Part shown: positions 1-11,243 of the stretch, piece by piece | Layout: each line of letters starts with the position of its first letter | How positions within the stretch are numbered: the first letter of the stretch is position 1 | From: Anthoceros angustus | Taxonomy: Eukaryota; Plantae; Anthocerotophyta | Length of the DNA: 64,000 bases | Direction: 5' to 3' | NCBI GenBank assembly: GCA_010909165.1 | Contig: MU008165.1 | Span: 1,612,001 to 1,676,000, forward strand | Notes under the pieces: generated by a model | Told to the model about the DNA's origin: nothing | Database searches by the model: none | Seen by the model: only the letters and a program-made list of their open reading frames with translations | Position numbers and translations under genes: made by a program

Positions 1-3
1 ATC

Positions 4-3000
4 GTGGTGGATGATCATGACCCTCGCGGGCCTTCAGGGTACGAAAGGCGGGTAACGGCTGAGACCGTGAGCAGACTATGTCAGCAGGGGCAGCTCGCTG
101 AGGCTGTTGAGGCTTTGGGAGTTTTAGCGCTCACGGACTGTCACATTCCGCAACGTCTCTTTTACACGGTTGTGAAAAATTGTGTGGATAAGAAGGATCT
201 GCCTCTGGGTCGCCGTGCTCATGCTCTCAGCGTGAGGAATGGGTACGAGTCGGATACGTTCCTGTGCAACCACATCCTGCGGATGTATGCATCCCATGCC
301 AGGTTGCAGGAAGCTGTGGATGCGTTTACGATGGTTGCCGAGCCAGATGCCTTCACGTGGTCTGCCATCATCTCTGCTCATGTGAAACATGGGCAGGATA
401 AGCTGGCTGTACAACTGTATCAGCGGATGCGGGGGTCGAGTGTGAAGCCAGATGCGCATGTGTTTGTTGCAGCCCTTCAGGCTTGTGGGAGGGGAGGAGA
501 CCTGGAATCGGGGCAGCAGGTGCATGCTGATTTGTTGGCTAGTGGGGTTGAGCCCAATGTGTTTGTTGCGAGCTGCTTGGTGGACATGTATGGGAAGTGT
601 GGCAGCTTGGAAGATGCCCAAGGTGTGTTTGACAGGCTTTGTCAGAAGAATGTGGTGACTTGGAGTGCGATGATAGCAGGATACGCGCAGAAGGGGATGG
701 GGCATGAAGCCCTTCGTCTTTATAGTGCAATGCAAGAAGAAGGGATGGCTGCACCCAATTCTGTGACGTTTGTATCCCTCCTGCAGGCCTGTGCTGGTTT
801 GGGCACCCCTGCTTTGGAGGAAGGGAGGCACCTTCATGCACAGATTAGAGAACGAGGACTTCAGGCTGATGTAGTTGTAGGTGGGAGCCTGGTGAACATG
901 TACTCGAAGTGTGGCAGCCTGGAGGATGCTAGGGATGTTTTTGACAGCCTTGGTGAAAAGAATGTGGTTTCGTGGAATGCCATGATAGCAGGATATGCAC
1001 AGCACGGCATGGGGGAGGAAGCCCTTGCTCTTCACCAGGCTATGCTTTACGAAGGCAGTGTCGCCCCTGATTTTGTGACGTTTGTCTGCCTTCTTCAGGC
1101 ATGTGCAAGTATTGGCAACCCTGCTTTGGAGAAGGGGAGGCAGCTTCATGCACACATGAGAGAACGAGGGCTGGAGGCAGATGCGTTTGTAGCCAACAGT
1201 TTGGTAAACATGTATGCCAAGTGTGGCAGCCTAGAGGATGCTCAGGGCGTGTTTGATGGGCTTCCTCAGAAAGATGTGGTGACCTGGAATGCTATGGTCG
1301 CAGGATATTCCCAATCGGGCATGGGGCTAAAAGCTCTTAATCTTCTCAGTGCTATGCAAGAGGAAGGCATGTCTGCACCCAATTCTGTGACATTTGTGTC
1401 CGTCTTGCAAGCGTGTGGAAGTTTGGGCACCCCAGGTTTGGAGAAGGGAAGGCAGCTTCATGCACTGACTCGAGAACAAGGGCTTCAGGCTGATGTGTCT
1501 GTGGCCAACAGCTTGGTTGACATGTATGCAAAGTGTGGGAGCCTAGAGGATGCTCAGGGTGTGTTTGATGGACTATCTCAGAAAGATGTGGGAACATGGA
1601 ATGCCTTGATAGCGGGATATTCCAAGAAGGGTAAAGGCCTAGAAGCCCTTCAGCTTCTCATTGCCATGCAAGAAGAATGTGTGAGTGCGCCTAATTCCAT
1701 GACCTTTGTGTCCCTTCTGCAGGCATGTGCAATTGTGGGCACTCTGGCTTTGGAGAATGGGAAGCAGCTCCATGCACAAATCAGAGAACAAGGCCTTCAG
1801 GGTGACATGTTTGTAGCCAACAGCTTGGTCAACATGTACGCAAAGTGCGGGAGCCTAGAGGATGCTCAGGGCGTGTTTGAGGGGCTGGTGCATAAAAATG
1901 TAGTGACGTGGAATACCATGATAGCAGGGTATTCCCATGAGGGCATGGGGGAGGATGCCCTTCGTCTTTATGCGGATATGCAAGAAGAAGGCATTGTCAC
2001 ACCTAATTCCGGGACATTTGTGTCCCTCCTGCAGGCATGTGCAAGTATAGGCACCTCAGCATTGGAGAAGGGGAAGCAGCTTCATGCACTAATTAGAGAA
2101 CAAGGTCTTCAGGCTGATCTGTTCGTAGCCAACAGCTTGATAAACATGTATGCAAAGTGCGGCAGCCTAGAGGATGCACAGAGGGTGTTTGTTGGGCTTG
2201 GCCAGAAAAATGTGGTGACATGGAGTGCCATGATTGCAGGATATTCCCAGCAGGGCATGGGCCAGGAAGCCCTTCGTCTTTATATGGAAATGCAAGAAGA
2301 AGGCACTGTTGCACCCAATTCTGTAATGCTTGTGTCTCTCCTACATGCATGTGCAAGTGTGGGCACCCTGGCTTTGGAGAAGGGGAGGCAGCTGCATGCG
2401 CAGATTAGACAACAGGGGCTTCAGGCTGATGAGTCTGTTGCCAACAGCTTGGTAAAAATGTATGCAGAGTGTGGCAGCCTTGAGGATGCAGAGGGACTAT
2501 TTGACAGGCTTGGACAGAAAAATGTCGTGTCTTGGAATGCCATGATAGCAGGATATTCCCAGCAGGGCATGTGGCACAAAGCCCTCCGTCTCTACAGTGC
2601 TATGCAAGACTATGGCATCGATGCACTGGCTTCTGGGACATTTGTGAGTCTTCTGCAGGCATGTGCAAGTGTCGGCACGTGCACCTTGGAGACCGGGAGG
2701 CAGCTTCATGGACAAATTAGTAAACAAGGGCTTCAGGCCGATTTGTTTGTCGCCAGCAGTCTTGTAAACATGTATGCCAAGTGTGGCAGCATAGAGGATG
2801 CTCGGGACGTGTTCGACGGACTGGATGAAAAGAATGTGGTGACGTGGAGTGCCATGATAGCAGGGTACGCCCAGCAGGGCAGGGGTCAGGATGCCCTTTC
2901 TCTTTATGGCGCTATGCAAGAAGAAGGCATGGTTACACCCAATGCAGTGACTTTTGTGAGTCTCCTTCAAGCATGTGCAAATTTGGGCCCTTTGGCTTTG

Positions 3001-4089
3001 GAGACGGGAAAGCAGCTTCATACACAAATCAGAGGACGAGGCCATGAAGTGGATGTGATTGTCGCCAACAGTTTGGTACACATGTATGCGAAGTGTGGCA
3101 GTCTCCAAGATTCCTGGAATGTATTTCACGGGCTTCCCCAGAAAGACGTGGGGACATGGAATGCCATGATAGCAGGTTATTCCCAGCAGGGCATGGCGCA
3201 GGAAGCTCTTGATCTTTACAGGCTTATGCAACAAGAAGGCATGGCTGCACCCGATTCTGTGACTTATGTGCGTCTCCTGCAGGCATGTGCCAAAGTTGCG
3301 GCCTTACATCTGGGAAGCGAGCTTCATGCACAGATCACACAACAAGGCCTCCAATCCGATGTGCTTGTAGCCAGCAGTCTGATAGACATGTATGGAAAAT
3401 GCGGTAGCATGGTCGATGCACAGCAAGCGTTTGATTCCTTGCCCCAAAGAGATATAGTCACCTGGAATACACTGATTGCAGGCTACGCACGTCAAGGAAA
3501 CAGTGATGCAGTCTTGGACTTATTTCAGAGAGTGAAGGAGGATGGCATGGAGCCATCTGGTAGCACATTCCTTAGCGTCCTGACAGTATGCAGCCACACC
3601 GGTCTAGTAACCAGGGGGCGGGAATACTTCCAGGCTATGAACCACCACGGCATCTGTCCCACAGTGGAGCACTGCACGTGCATGGTGGATCTCCTCGGCC
3701 GTGCAGGACACCTGGACGAGGCACTGCATCTCGCAAAGACAATGCCAGTACCTCCGGATGCTGCAGTTTGGCACACTCTGTTAGGTGCTTGTCAAAAGTG
3801 GAGAAACATAGATGTGGGACTCCACGCCTTCGATGAAGCGTTGAAGCTAGACAAGAAAGACTCAGCGGCATACGTGTTGATGTCAAACATATACGCTGGC
3901 GTCGAGATGTGGCAGCAGGCTCAGGAGATTCAAACCTGCAGAAGAGGAATAGGAGCCTGGAAGGAGGAAGGCCAGAGCTGGTGGACAGACATGGATGGCC
4001 TGGTGCATTGTTTTGTGGTTGGGGATCAGAAGAAACTACCTCTGCCCTCCTTTCGAAACCAAGATACAATGGTACGTGCCACATCCTGA
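4..4089 (+). CDS. PLS-class pentatricopeptide repeat protein (about 35 P/L/S motifs, E1/E2, WW-type PG box, no DYW core); probable organellar RNA-editing factor; 5' end probably outside the window
   Basis: 11 S-type motifs (xxNSLVxMYAKCGSLEDA) alternate with P (VVTWNAMIAGY) and L (TFVSLLQAC) motifs at ~104 aa period. These are followed by L2/S2 (HCTCMVDLLGRAG), E1/E2 and GQSWWTDMDGLVHCFVVGD. The ORF runs open to the window edge (GTG at 4). Confidence 0.97.
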   Translation: MVDDHDPRGPSGYERRVTAETVSRLCQQGQLAEAVEALGVLALTDCHIPQRLFYTVVKNCVDKKDLPLGRRAHALSVRNGYESDTFLCNHILRMYASHARLQEAVDAFTMVAEPDAFTWSAIISAHVKHGQDKLAVQLYQRMRGSSVKPDAHVFVAALQACGRGGDLESGQQVHADLLASGVEPNVFVASCLVDMYGKCGSLEDAQGVFDRLCQKNVVTWSAMIAGYAQKGMGHEALRLYSAMQEEGMAAPNSVTFVSLLQACAGLGTPALEEGRHLHAQIRERGLQADVVVGGSLVNMYSKCGSLEDARDVFDSLGEKNVVSWNAMIAGYAQHGMGEEALALHQAMLYEGSVAPDFVTFVCLLQACASIGNPALEKGRQLHAHMRERGLEADAFVANSLVNMYAKCGSLEDAQGVFDGLPQKDVVTWNAMVAGYSQSGMGLKALNLLSAMQEEGMSAPNSVTFVSVLQACGSLGTPGLEKGRQLHALTREQGLQADVSVANSLVDMYAKCGSLEDAQGVFDGLSQKDVGTWNALIAGYSKKGKGLEALQLLIAMQEECVSAPNSMTFVSLLQACAIVGTLALENGKQLHAQIREQGLQGDMFVANSLVNMYAKCGSLEDAQGVFEGLVHKNVVTWNTMIAGYSHEGMGEDALRLYADMQEEGIVTPNSGTFVSLLQACASIGTSALEKGKQLHALIREQGLQADLFVANSLINMYAKCGSLEDAQRVFVGLGQKNVVTWSAMIAGYSQQGMGQEALRLYMEMQEEGTVAPNSVMLVSLLHACASVGTLALEKGRQLHAQIRQQGLQADESVANSLVKMYAECGSLEDAEGLFDRLGQKNVVSWNAMIAGYSQQGMWHKALRLYSAMQDYGIDALASGTFVSLLQACASVGTCTLETGRQLHGQISKQGLQADLFVASSLVNMYAKCGSIEDARDVFDGLDEKNVVTWSAMIAGYAQQGRGQDALSLYGAMQEEGMVTPNAVTFVSLLQACANLGPLALETGKQLHTQIRGRGHEVDVIVANSLVHMYAKCGSLQDSWNVFHGLPQKDVGTWNAMIAGYSQQGMAQEALDLYRLMQQEGMAAPDSVTYVRLLQACAKVAALHLGSELHAQITQQGLQSDVLVASSLIDMYGKCGSMVDAQQAFDSLPQRDIVTWNTLIAGYARQGNSDAVLDLFQRVKEDGMEPSGSTFLSVLTVCSHTGLVTRGREYFQAMNHHGICPTVEHCTCMVDLLGRAGHLDEALHLAKTMPVPPDAAVWHTLLGACQKWRNIDVGLHAFDEALKLDKKDSAAYVLMSNIYAGVEMWQQAQEIQTCRRGIGAWKEEGQSWWTDMDGLVHCFVVGDQKKLPLPSFRNQDTMVRATS

Positions 4090-4319
4090 CTCGTCGTCAG
4101 AAGACTTTTGTCCAAGCCATCAGGATGCCAAACCTAAACACCTCAACCTGAACCCTAAAGAAACGCCATGAACTGCACAAGCACAAAGAACAACGTTCCT
4201 CTAAGTCTCCCTCAAAAGTTCTAGTCTTGCAAGAAGCTGCGCCAGGCTCCTCTCCCCCATCTTCTGCTCTGAACAATAACTTGAAACCTGAACGAACATA
4301 CATTTGTGGAACTTCACAT

Positions 4320-6388
4320 TCATGGCCTCCACTTCGTCTTTCTTACAGCCAGAAGCTTGTTTCTTCCCCGCACGAAGGAAAACACGGCCCTCCAGTGCAT
4401 CGACTCCAGCAACGGCCGCAGCTCGTTGTCCACCAACTGCTGCCGGTCCCTCACAACCAGCCAGCCGCCAGGCCTCACGATCCGGTCCAGTTCCACCACC
4501 ACCTGCTCCAGGGAACACCTTCTCTGCAGCCTGGAGAGGACATGGTCTGCGTGCACCAGGTCGTAGGTCCTCGGGAACGTGCGGAAAGGCTCGCACCAGT
4601 CGTGATATATCCCCACCAGCCCCCGCTGGAAGATCACCGGGAGGGTGTCGGACGAGCTGATGGGGTCGACGACGTTCATCACCCAGACGGGGAGCTTGAC
4701 GAGAGCCGCAGCAAAGCTCCCATATCCCGCGCCCATGTCTATCACGTTCCGTACTCCGGCCCAGTCGATCTGCAGCTCCTTCGTGTACGTTTGCTCCACG
4801 ATCCGGGCCCAACGGGCCGTGTCTTCCAGAAATCGCTTTGGGTCGACTCCGGCAGGTGCTGCGACCAGGCGGGCGGGCCAGGCTGCGGGCCACGCTGCGC
4901 CCAGCTTGGGAACCGAGTGGATACAGGGCTGGACGGCGGTGTACCATGCTGCGTCGGGGCCGGGATCCTGGTGGGTGCAGATGGGTGGGAACTTCTGGGA
5001 CTCCTGGAACCTGTTGGCCCTGCTCTGTAAGCATTCCTTGTTGCTGCTGCTCTTCTGGAAGACTGCAATCCCAAAGCTGCGCTTGGAATTCGTGGCTTTC
5101 GCTTGCAACGTCCAGCACATGCCTGCTGTAAGATTGACCATGGCGGCCCAGGTCGCCTCCTGCCTCTCCGTATCGTCTTTGTACACCGCCGCTGCCGACC
5201 AGACGAAGTAGCCACCCGGCCGGAGAAGTCTGTCCACCTCCAGCAGAAGCCTGCCGTCGTCTTGATGCCATTGCACAGCACACCGAGCACAGTTAACAAG
5301 GTCGTACACGTTGCTGGGAAAGGGCAGCCTCTGGGTCGTGATGTCAGCGGAGACCGCTGGAACTCCTCTTTCCAACGCGATCTGCATCCAGAAGAGAGAC
5401 GAACAAGAATCCGATCTGATTCACGACATGGAGCTGCTTCACGTTCACATGCTGCATTCCGTGTTCACAGACAGAAGTGTATCCATCAGCATGATGCAAG
5501 TTGCATGTATACCTGAGTCTCGTATGAGGTCTTACGCGTTGATGCAAAGGTGGACATGGTGATGACATCCCTTTCAAACAAGTAGCTTCCGAGGCTTCCA
5601 GCACCGCCGGCAACATCCAGCACAACGCGAGTCCGGTTGCCCCATGCAACCTCGGGCCTGCTCTCCTCAACCACATCGATGTACTCGGCAGGATCAGCTC
5701 CCTTCCGCACCTTCCTGTTGAAGTTTGGGAACGGGAAGGCAAGGAAATCCTCATGACGTCTGGCCGCCGAGAAGAGACTCAGCTCGTGGCTATCGTAAAT
5801 CCCCTGCTCACGAGGGACGTTATGGTACCAGATGGCTTGCCGACTGATCGGCCAGCGGAGGGGGTTCTTGTACTTCTCCGGCAACGGGACGAGGCATCTG
5901 GGCATCTCCTCTGCCCTAGGGCAGAGGCTGTCAGGGGCGATTGGCACCAGGCTGCTGTTACTCGCTGCCAGAGCGCTGTTGTGATGACAGGGAATGTAGT
6001 CTTCTGCACCATCCCAGGTGCACAGTCTCCATTGCGAAGATGATCCCTTGATGTCTTCATTCTGAGCAGTTTCGAAGATGGAGTCCTCAGGCAGGTCGGA
6101 TTTGTCGTACTCGGGACGGAGATGACCAAGCTGTAGATCTTCGTCTTCCCAACTGCCACCTGAACCGTCTCCGGATCCCCCAAGCTGTGGATCGTCATCT
6201 TCCCAACTGCTGCATGCGCCGTCGCTTCCAGGAGACTTCCAAATCAAGGATACTAGCTTACCAGTTGTAAGATGGATTCTACCAGGAAACCAAATACTCC
6301 TTACGAACAGCACGTAAAGAATTGCAAGGAAGACAGCCTTCGCCGCACCGCTCAGCCGGGATGGCCGTGCCCGCTTGGAGTTCGCCAT
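4320..6388 (-). CDS. PMT/DUF248 (Methyltransf_29) putative pectin methyltransferase, type II membrane protein; exons 6388-5513 and about 5381-4320
   Basis: N-terminal TM segment (AVFLAILYVLFV), DYIPC, CLVPLP..Y..P..WP, VVLDVAGGAGSLG, IALERG, RLPFPSNVYDLVNCARC, LLEVDRLLRPGGYF, RNVIDMGAGYGSFAA, RGLVGIYHDWCEPFRTFPRTYDLVHA. GT donor at 5512-5511; AG acceptor at 5383-5382. Confidence 0.95.
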
Positions 6389-6906
6389 CTCAGCACGCCC
6401 CTTTGTGCACAGCCTTGTGCTAAGGGGGTTCACCATATGAAAGAAAACAAACATGAACTACCGAACCGGAACCTAGTTTCGTAGTCTCTTGGGATGCCAC
6501 CAAGTCCCTCCCGAGTTACTCACCTGTTGACTATGAATGGAACTATATCAAGTCTTATTAAATATTGAGATCGGATACATTTCACAATATCGAAAACAGG
6601 TCCTATTGTCACGTTTTATTAATATTATTTTTAGATCTTATTTATATTTTTTTCTATTGGGGGGTGCACATCCACCCTTCACCTCCTCATCACTGTTATA
6701 CTTCCAAATTTATGGAGGTTCTTCAATAGAACTTATCTTTCTGCGACAACTACTGCACAGTCAATCAACCAGCAATTATATGTCCAACCACTTAGTGGCC
6801 TATACCCAATACAGCTATTCGTTATGGATTACAATCAATAAAACTTGGAAGTACAACAGAGCTAGGATTGAGAGTGTCGCAATGCAAGCATTAACAGTTT
6901 CACAAC

Positions 6907-7016
6907 TGCAGGCATTGAAAGTGTTACAGTGCAGGCATTGAAAGTGTTACAGCGCAGGCATTGAAAGCGTCACAATGTCAGCATTGAAAACAAAAGCAAT
7001 TGAAAGCACCACAGTG
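6907..7016. repeat. 23-bp tandem repeat, about 4 degenerating copies
   Basis: TGCAGGCATTGAAAGTGTTACAG units at 6907, 6930, 6953 and 6976. Confidence 0.8.
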
Positions 7017-7191
7017 ACAGTGTGAAGATGATAAAACTATTGTGTAAAATGAGCAACATGTAATAAACTAGAGAAAACTTATGTTAGTTCTAGAGACAAA
7101 GTTGAAAAACTACCCACACAAAACCTAACCGAGCGAAAAAAAACCTACACATTGTGGGTTGAGCCGATTAATTGAGCCAAGAAGACCACAT

Positions 7192-7329
7192 CATTGTGAA
7201 TTGCTTCCATTCCATAACCCAAACTTGAACTTCAACCCATTGTGAATTGCTGCCACTCCATAACTCAAACGTAAACTTCAACTCATTGTGAATTGCTACC
7301 ATTCCATGAGCCAAATTTAAACTTCAACC
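7192..7329. repeat. 46-bp tandem repeat, 3 copies
   Basis: TTGTGAATTGC at 7194, 7240 and 7286, each followed by ..CCATAAC.CAAA...AACTTCAAC. Confidence 0.85.
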
Positions 7330-8567
7330 TAAGTGTGCCTTAACTTAAAAGACAGGATATGAACTCTCGATGATAAGTCTACCTCAAAAAGTGACAGCAT
7401 GGTTTAAAAACGGTATTTATTCAAACGTAACGAATGTGGGCTCAATCAAAATAGAGTTTCTTCTAATTAAATAGAAAAATGTAATGTCGGCTCAATCATA
7501 AGGGAAATATGCAGAATTCTCAAAAAATTTCGAATCTTGAGAGCTTCATAATTATAAAGAGGATATCTAATTGATTTGAAAATATTGATATGCATTACTA
7601 AAATGAAACAAAGTGAAGGAAAATATTTCTAGACGGCCCGTGGCTTGCTTTCCCTTATCATGGGAATGCTTTATCATTTAAGCTAAGCAGGCCGATGCGC
7701 GTCTTCGAGACATTCATATGTGTCTTTGAGAGATCGGTGAGAAATAGAGGTAAAACTCATTTTCTCTAGCTTATTAAGAAAGATCCATATTGAATAGGAA
7801 AGACATGACTAAGTTTGTGATATCTTCCTCATATGAAAGTCATATTGGATAGAAAAGACATGTAAGGGAATGCGCTATCATTTAAGTTAAGTAGGCCGAT
7901 ATGTATCTTCAAGACACTAATATTTGTCTTCGAAAGATTGGTAAGACCCATGGGTGTAGGGCACGAACGTGAGGTGGAGGAAGGGTCCCAACTTGGTGTG
8001 TTGGGGTTGGGCAAAAGCCACCGCACTAAGGCCAAGTGGCATTCATATGAGCACTTCTTTAACTAACAACCAAGCAAATAAGTCTAATATGCAAATATAG
8101 GTGCAAACCAATAACAATAGGAGAGGGTAGCTTGCACGTCGTGGCACAAACACCCTCCTCTCCCTACGAGAACAATATGCAAATTCTTGACACATCGTTC
8201 TCGAAGTCATGGCTTTGGCCTCCTCACAATACTCTTGCGGACAAGCTATGATCTGAGCTAGTCCTCTAGAAAAGGGTATGTGTATACTAGTCCTCGACAT
8301 CAGCATATTCTTAAGATATCCTATTGGCATTAGCATATGCAGGAAATATCCTAAGAATACATTGTAATAAAGCATATTATTTGTGTTTATCCACTTAGCT
8401 ATTACTAACCATGTTTAATTAACAATACTTAATGCTGAATTAATATAATTACTTTAGAGTAAATAATATTATTAATTACTTAAAGATAAGTAATTAGGTT
8501 AATTAACACCAATCAAACACTAAACCCAAGCGCTGAGTCCGTTAAAGTGGACTATAATATATTTTGC

Positions 8568-8724
8568 TTCTTCTTCTTCTTCTTCTTCTACTACAGTCAT
8601 GGGACTTGGTACTTAACAACTTGTACCATAGTGCTACTTGCACCACTTCTTCTTCTTCTTCTTCTTCTACTACAGTCATGGGACTTGGTACTTAACAACT
8701 TGTACCATAGTGCTACTTGCACCA
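8568..8724. repeat. 79-bp direct duplication, each copy starting with a (TTC)n microsatellite
   Basis: CTACTACAGTCATGGGACTTGGTACTTAACAACTTGTACCATAGTGCTACTTGCACCA at 8588 and 8667. Confidence 0.9.
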
Positions 8725-9286
8725 AACGCATCCACTCCCTTTAGGCACCCTATCTAAGTACCAATCTTCGATTAGGATGCTTAACAACGGCATTCTAATA
8801 AATGTCTGTCCATTTGGCCTAAACCATTTGGACACACATGATATGATTGACTGTAGTGGCAAAAATATAATTGACTGTAATAGCAAAATACAATTGACTA
8901 TAAAGCTTGAAATACAAGAGCTATATATATATGTATATATATAATACTATTTCTTTATAATATATATAACGTTTATAACATAGAAGTTCTAACATGCAGT
9001 CATTAAAACAATCTAAAGAAAGTAGATTCCAGCCGCAAATAGGTTAATTGGGCAAGACCATAGTTCGGAACTGCCGGGTCTAACAGTGGCCCTCAGGCCA
9101 TCTCTTTTACGTAAATGGTTCGAAGCTCAGAAACTATTGTTCAACAGTGGAGGTCGTCCGGTATAAGATTCGTGTCGAGTGATTTGACGCATTACCCCAA
9201 GACCAGGCTCCAGCCACGGCCGCACCATGACGAAACTTCAAAGCAGGCCTTCCGCAAAACCAGTGCCCGAGGACTCTGCTCAAATT

Positions 9287-11243
9287 CTATACTACCAGTC
9301 GCACAATCTTGGCAATGAAGAGGCCACTGGTATTCGACGTCTGGGGATCGAAACGTATAGTATTAGCAATGGTTCCGCTTCTGCAAGGCCAAGGCCTGGA
9401 GATGCTGATCGTCCGCAACTCTGTGACAAAGAACCCGTCGTCAGAATTACTGTCCGTTGGAGCAAATTAACTAACCATGCATATTTGGTGGAGTAGTTTG
9501 ACCTGCAAGGGGTTGGGAGATCAGAAATTGCTCCACAACACCTTCATTCTGAGCTTGGGTCAAACTGGAAACAGAAAAGGATATTAACCCTCAAGAAAGA
9601 ATCCACGAGGACCAAGTGAATGTGCCAGGGCGGCGGTTATAAAACATACCTGCAGGTACTGTAAACTAGAGTGCCACCTGGCTTCAAGAGCCTGAACCCA
9701 TTTGCCAGGAGTTTAAACTGCTTCAGACAACACATGGCCTATCTTGAAACTGAAGGAATAGTGAAGGCCAACTCTGGCAGGAACCAATTTTCCGACACAC
9801 ATGAGAAGAGGCTTGCCTGCAGACGAGTGATGGATGACAGGCGTTCAGGATTCAGGAAGCGTCGCTCAAATGTGTCCCAACCCCAATCCTCATACTTCAG
9901 GATATGCTTGATAGAGCCGTCATGTGTGCACTCTGCATCCACCAAAACCTACAAAGACAGCATACAGATGACTGATTTAGCAAATAACACCTCCAACTTG
10001 AACTCACGTCCCAGCTTTTGGCGGAGAGAATACCTTGTCGTAGCCCAACAGTGAATCTCCAATCCCTTCCTCCAAACTGTGTTCAAATATATCAGACACT
10101 GCCCTTCCGACAACACCAGACTCTTTGCCATAGAAGAACAACTCAGGAGGCCCAGTTCCAGGTTGAAAAAGCTTTGCCCTCCTTGCAGCTCTCTTTTCTT
10201 TCTTCGTCTTTGCACTGGTCCATTCCCCAAAAATGCTGGTAGTGTGACTGACTGAAGATTGAACGTAAGCCATAATTTGATTCATAGCATTTCTCAAAGC
10301 CGGCAACCTACTGAAAGAGAGGAACTGTAAAAAAATAGTCCAGTTTTCACCTGAGCTCAGTGACCCACGCCCTCCTGCTCTGTCTGTCACGCTGGGTGCA
10401 AATGGTTCTAACGTCGAAGGGCTTTGCAGTGGAAGCAGTGAAAATGTTGTTCCGTCAGACAGGAACAGCCGGCATCTACTGCCAAGTTCATACTTCCGCA
10501 GCATTGTCCGACAAGCAGCCAGCCGGGGCTGAGAAATATCAGTGGCAGTTAACGTCCCAGAACTTCCCAGCAGTTCAGCAACCATACAAAGCTTTGCTCC
10601 TGCATCATCACTGAACACGTTAGTCATGGTCCCTGAAGCCAAACCTAAACTGTTGCATCTTAAGATTCTTCAAACACGAACCAGTACTTCGGTAAACAGA
10701 ATAGTACAGGACAGTTTGGATTCACCAGGAGCGGCACAAAGGTCAAGAACATGATCGGCAGGAGAGATGTCTAAAGCTGTCACTGCTGCTCCTGATGCTA
10801 CATCCATCCCAAATATCTACAAGAAGACCACAAAGCACTAAACACGTCACCCACATACTCCTGCAAACATCTACACCCACAAGAGAGAGAAGAAACATAC
10901 CTTTCCCTGCTGATATGCCTGTGTTTCTGCTATACGTGTTTCAGGAGGGATGCAGAAAAACCCTGGCATCCATTCGACTGGAGACAACTTTTCTCCTAAC
11001 TCTTCCTCAATGCTGCCGATATCAGCATAGGAATGCGCCCTCACTCTGGTCACGAACAGCAGTAAGCCCTGAGTCACCCAGTAATCGCATCTCATGGAAA
11101 AATTTCAACAAGTCCAGAGGCAACCTTAAACCTTTAGCACGAGTCTACCTGATGTAGCGGGGCAAGGTGTGTGCAGCCTCGTATACACGGGGATCCAGTC
11201 CATTCTCTCTCAGAAATCGCACAAACTCGGGGGGGAAATCCAT
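9287..11243 (-). CDS. NOL1/NOP2/Sun (RsmB/RsmF-like) RNA cytosine-C5 methyltransferase, 397 aa, 9 exons: 11243-11149, 11045-10901, 10816-10726, 10599-10351, 10251-10034, 9948-9817, 9717-9650, 9564-9503, 9420-9287
   Basis: The manually spliced CDS is 1194 nt with consistent phases. Motifs: VLDLCAAPGAKL, VLVDAECTHDG, LLKPGGTLVYSTCSLTQAQNE, WPCRSG..RFDP..SGLFIAKI. It resembles, from memory, the plant At5g66180-type family. Confidence 0.93.
9718..9816 (-). other. GC-AG intron (intron 6 of the NOP2/Sun gene)
   Basis: Donor CAG|GCAAGC and acceptor GCAG|TTT join ...TRLQ to FKLLANGFRLL in phase 0. There is no well-matching GT donor at the conserved position. Confidence 0.85.

Noticed and set aside
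124-3776. Long antisense and alternate-frame ORFs over the PPR gene
   Set aside because: Shadows of a repetitive GC-rich CDS, with no independent motifs.
4072-5030. Possible intron (ATG|GTACGT) leading to a DYW exon, and plus-strand ORFs 4227-5211
   Set aside because: No HxE, CxxC or DYW motif in any downstream plus frame. The ORFs are antisense shadows of the PMT gene.
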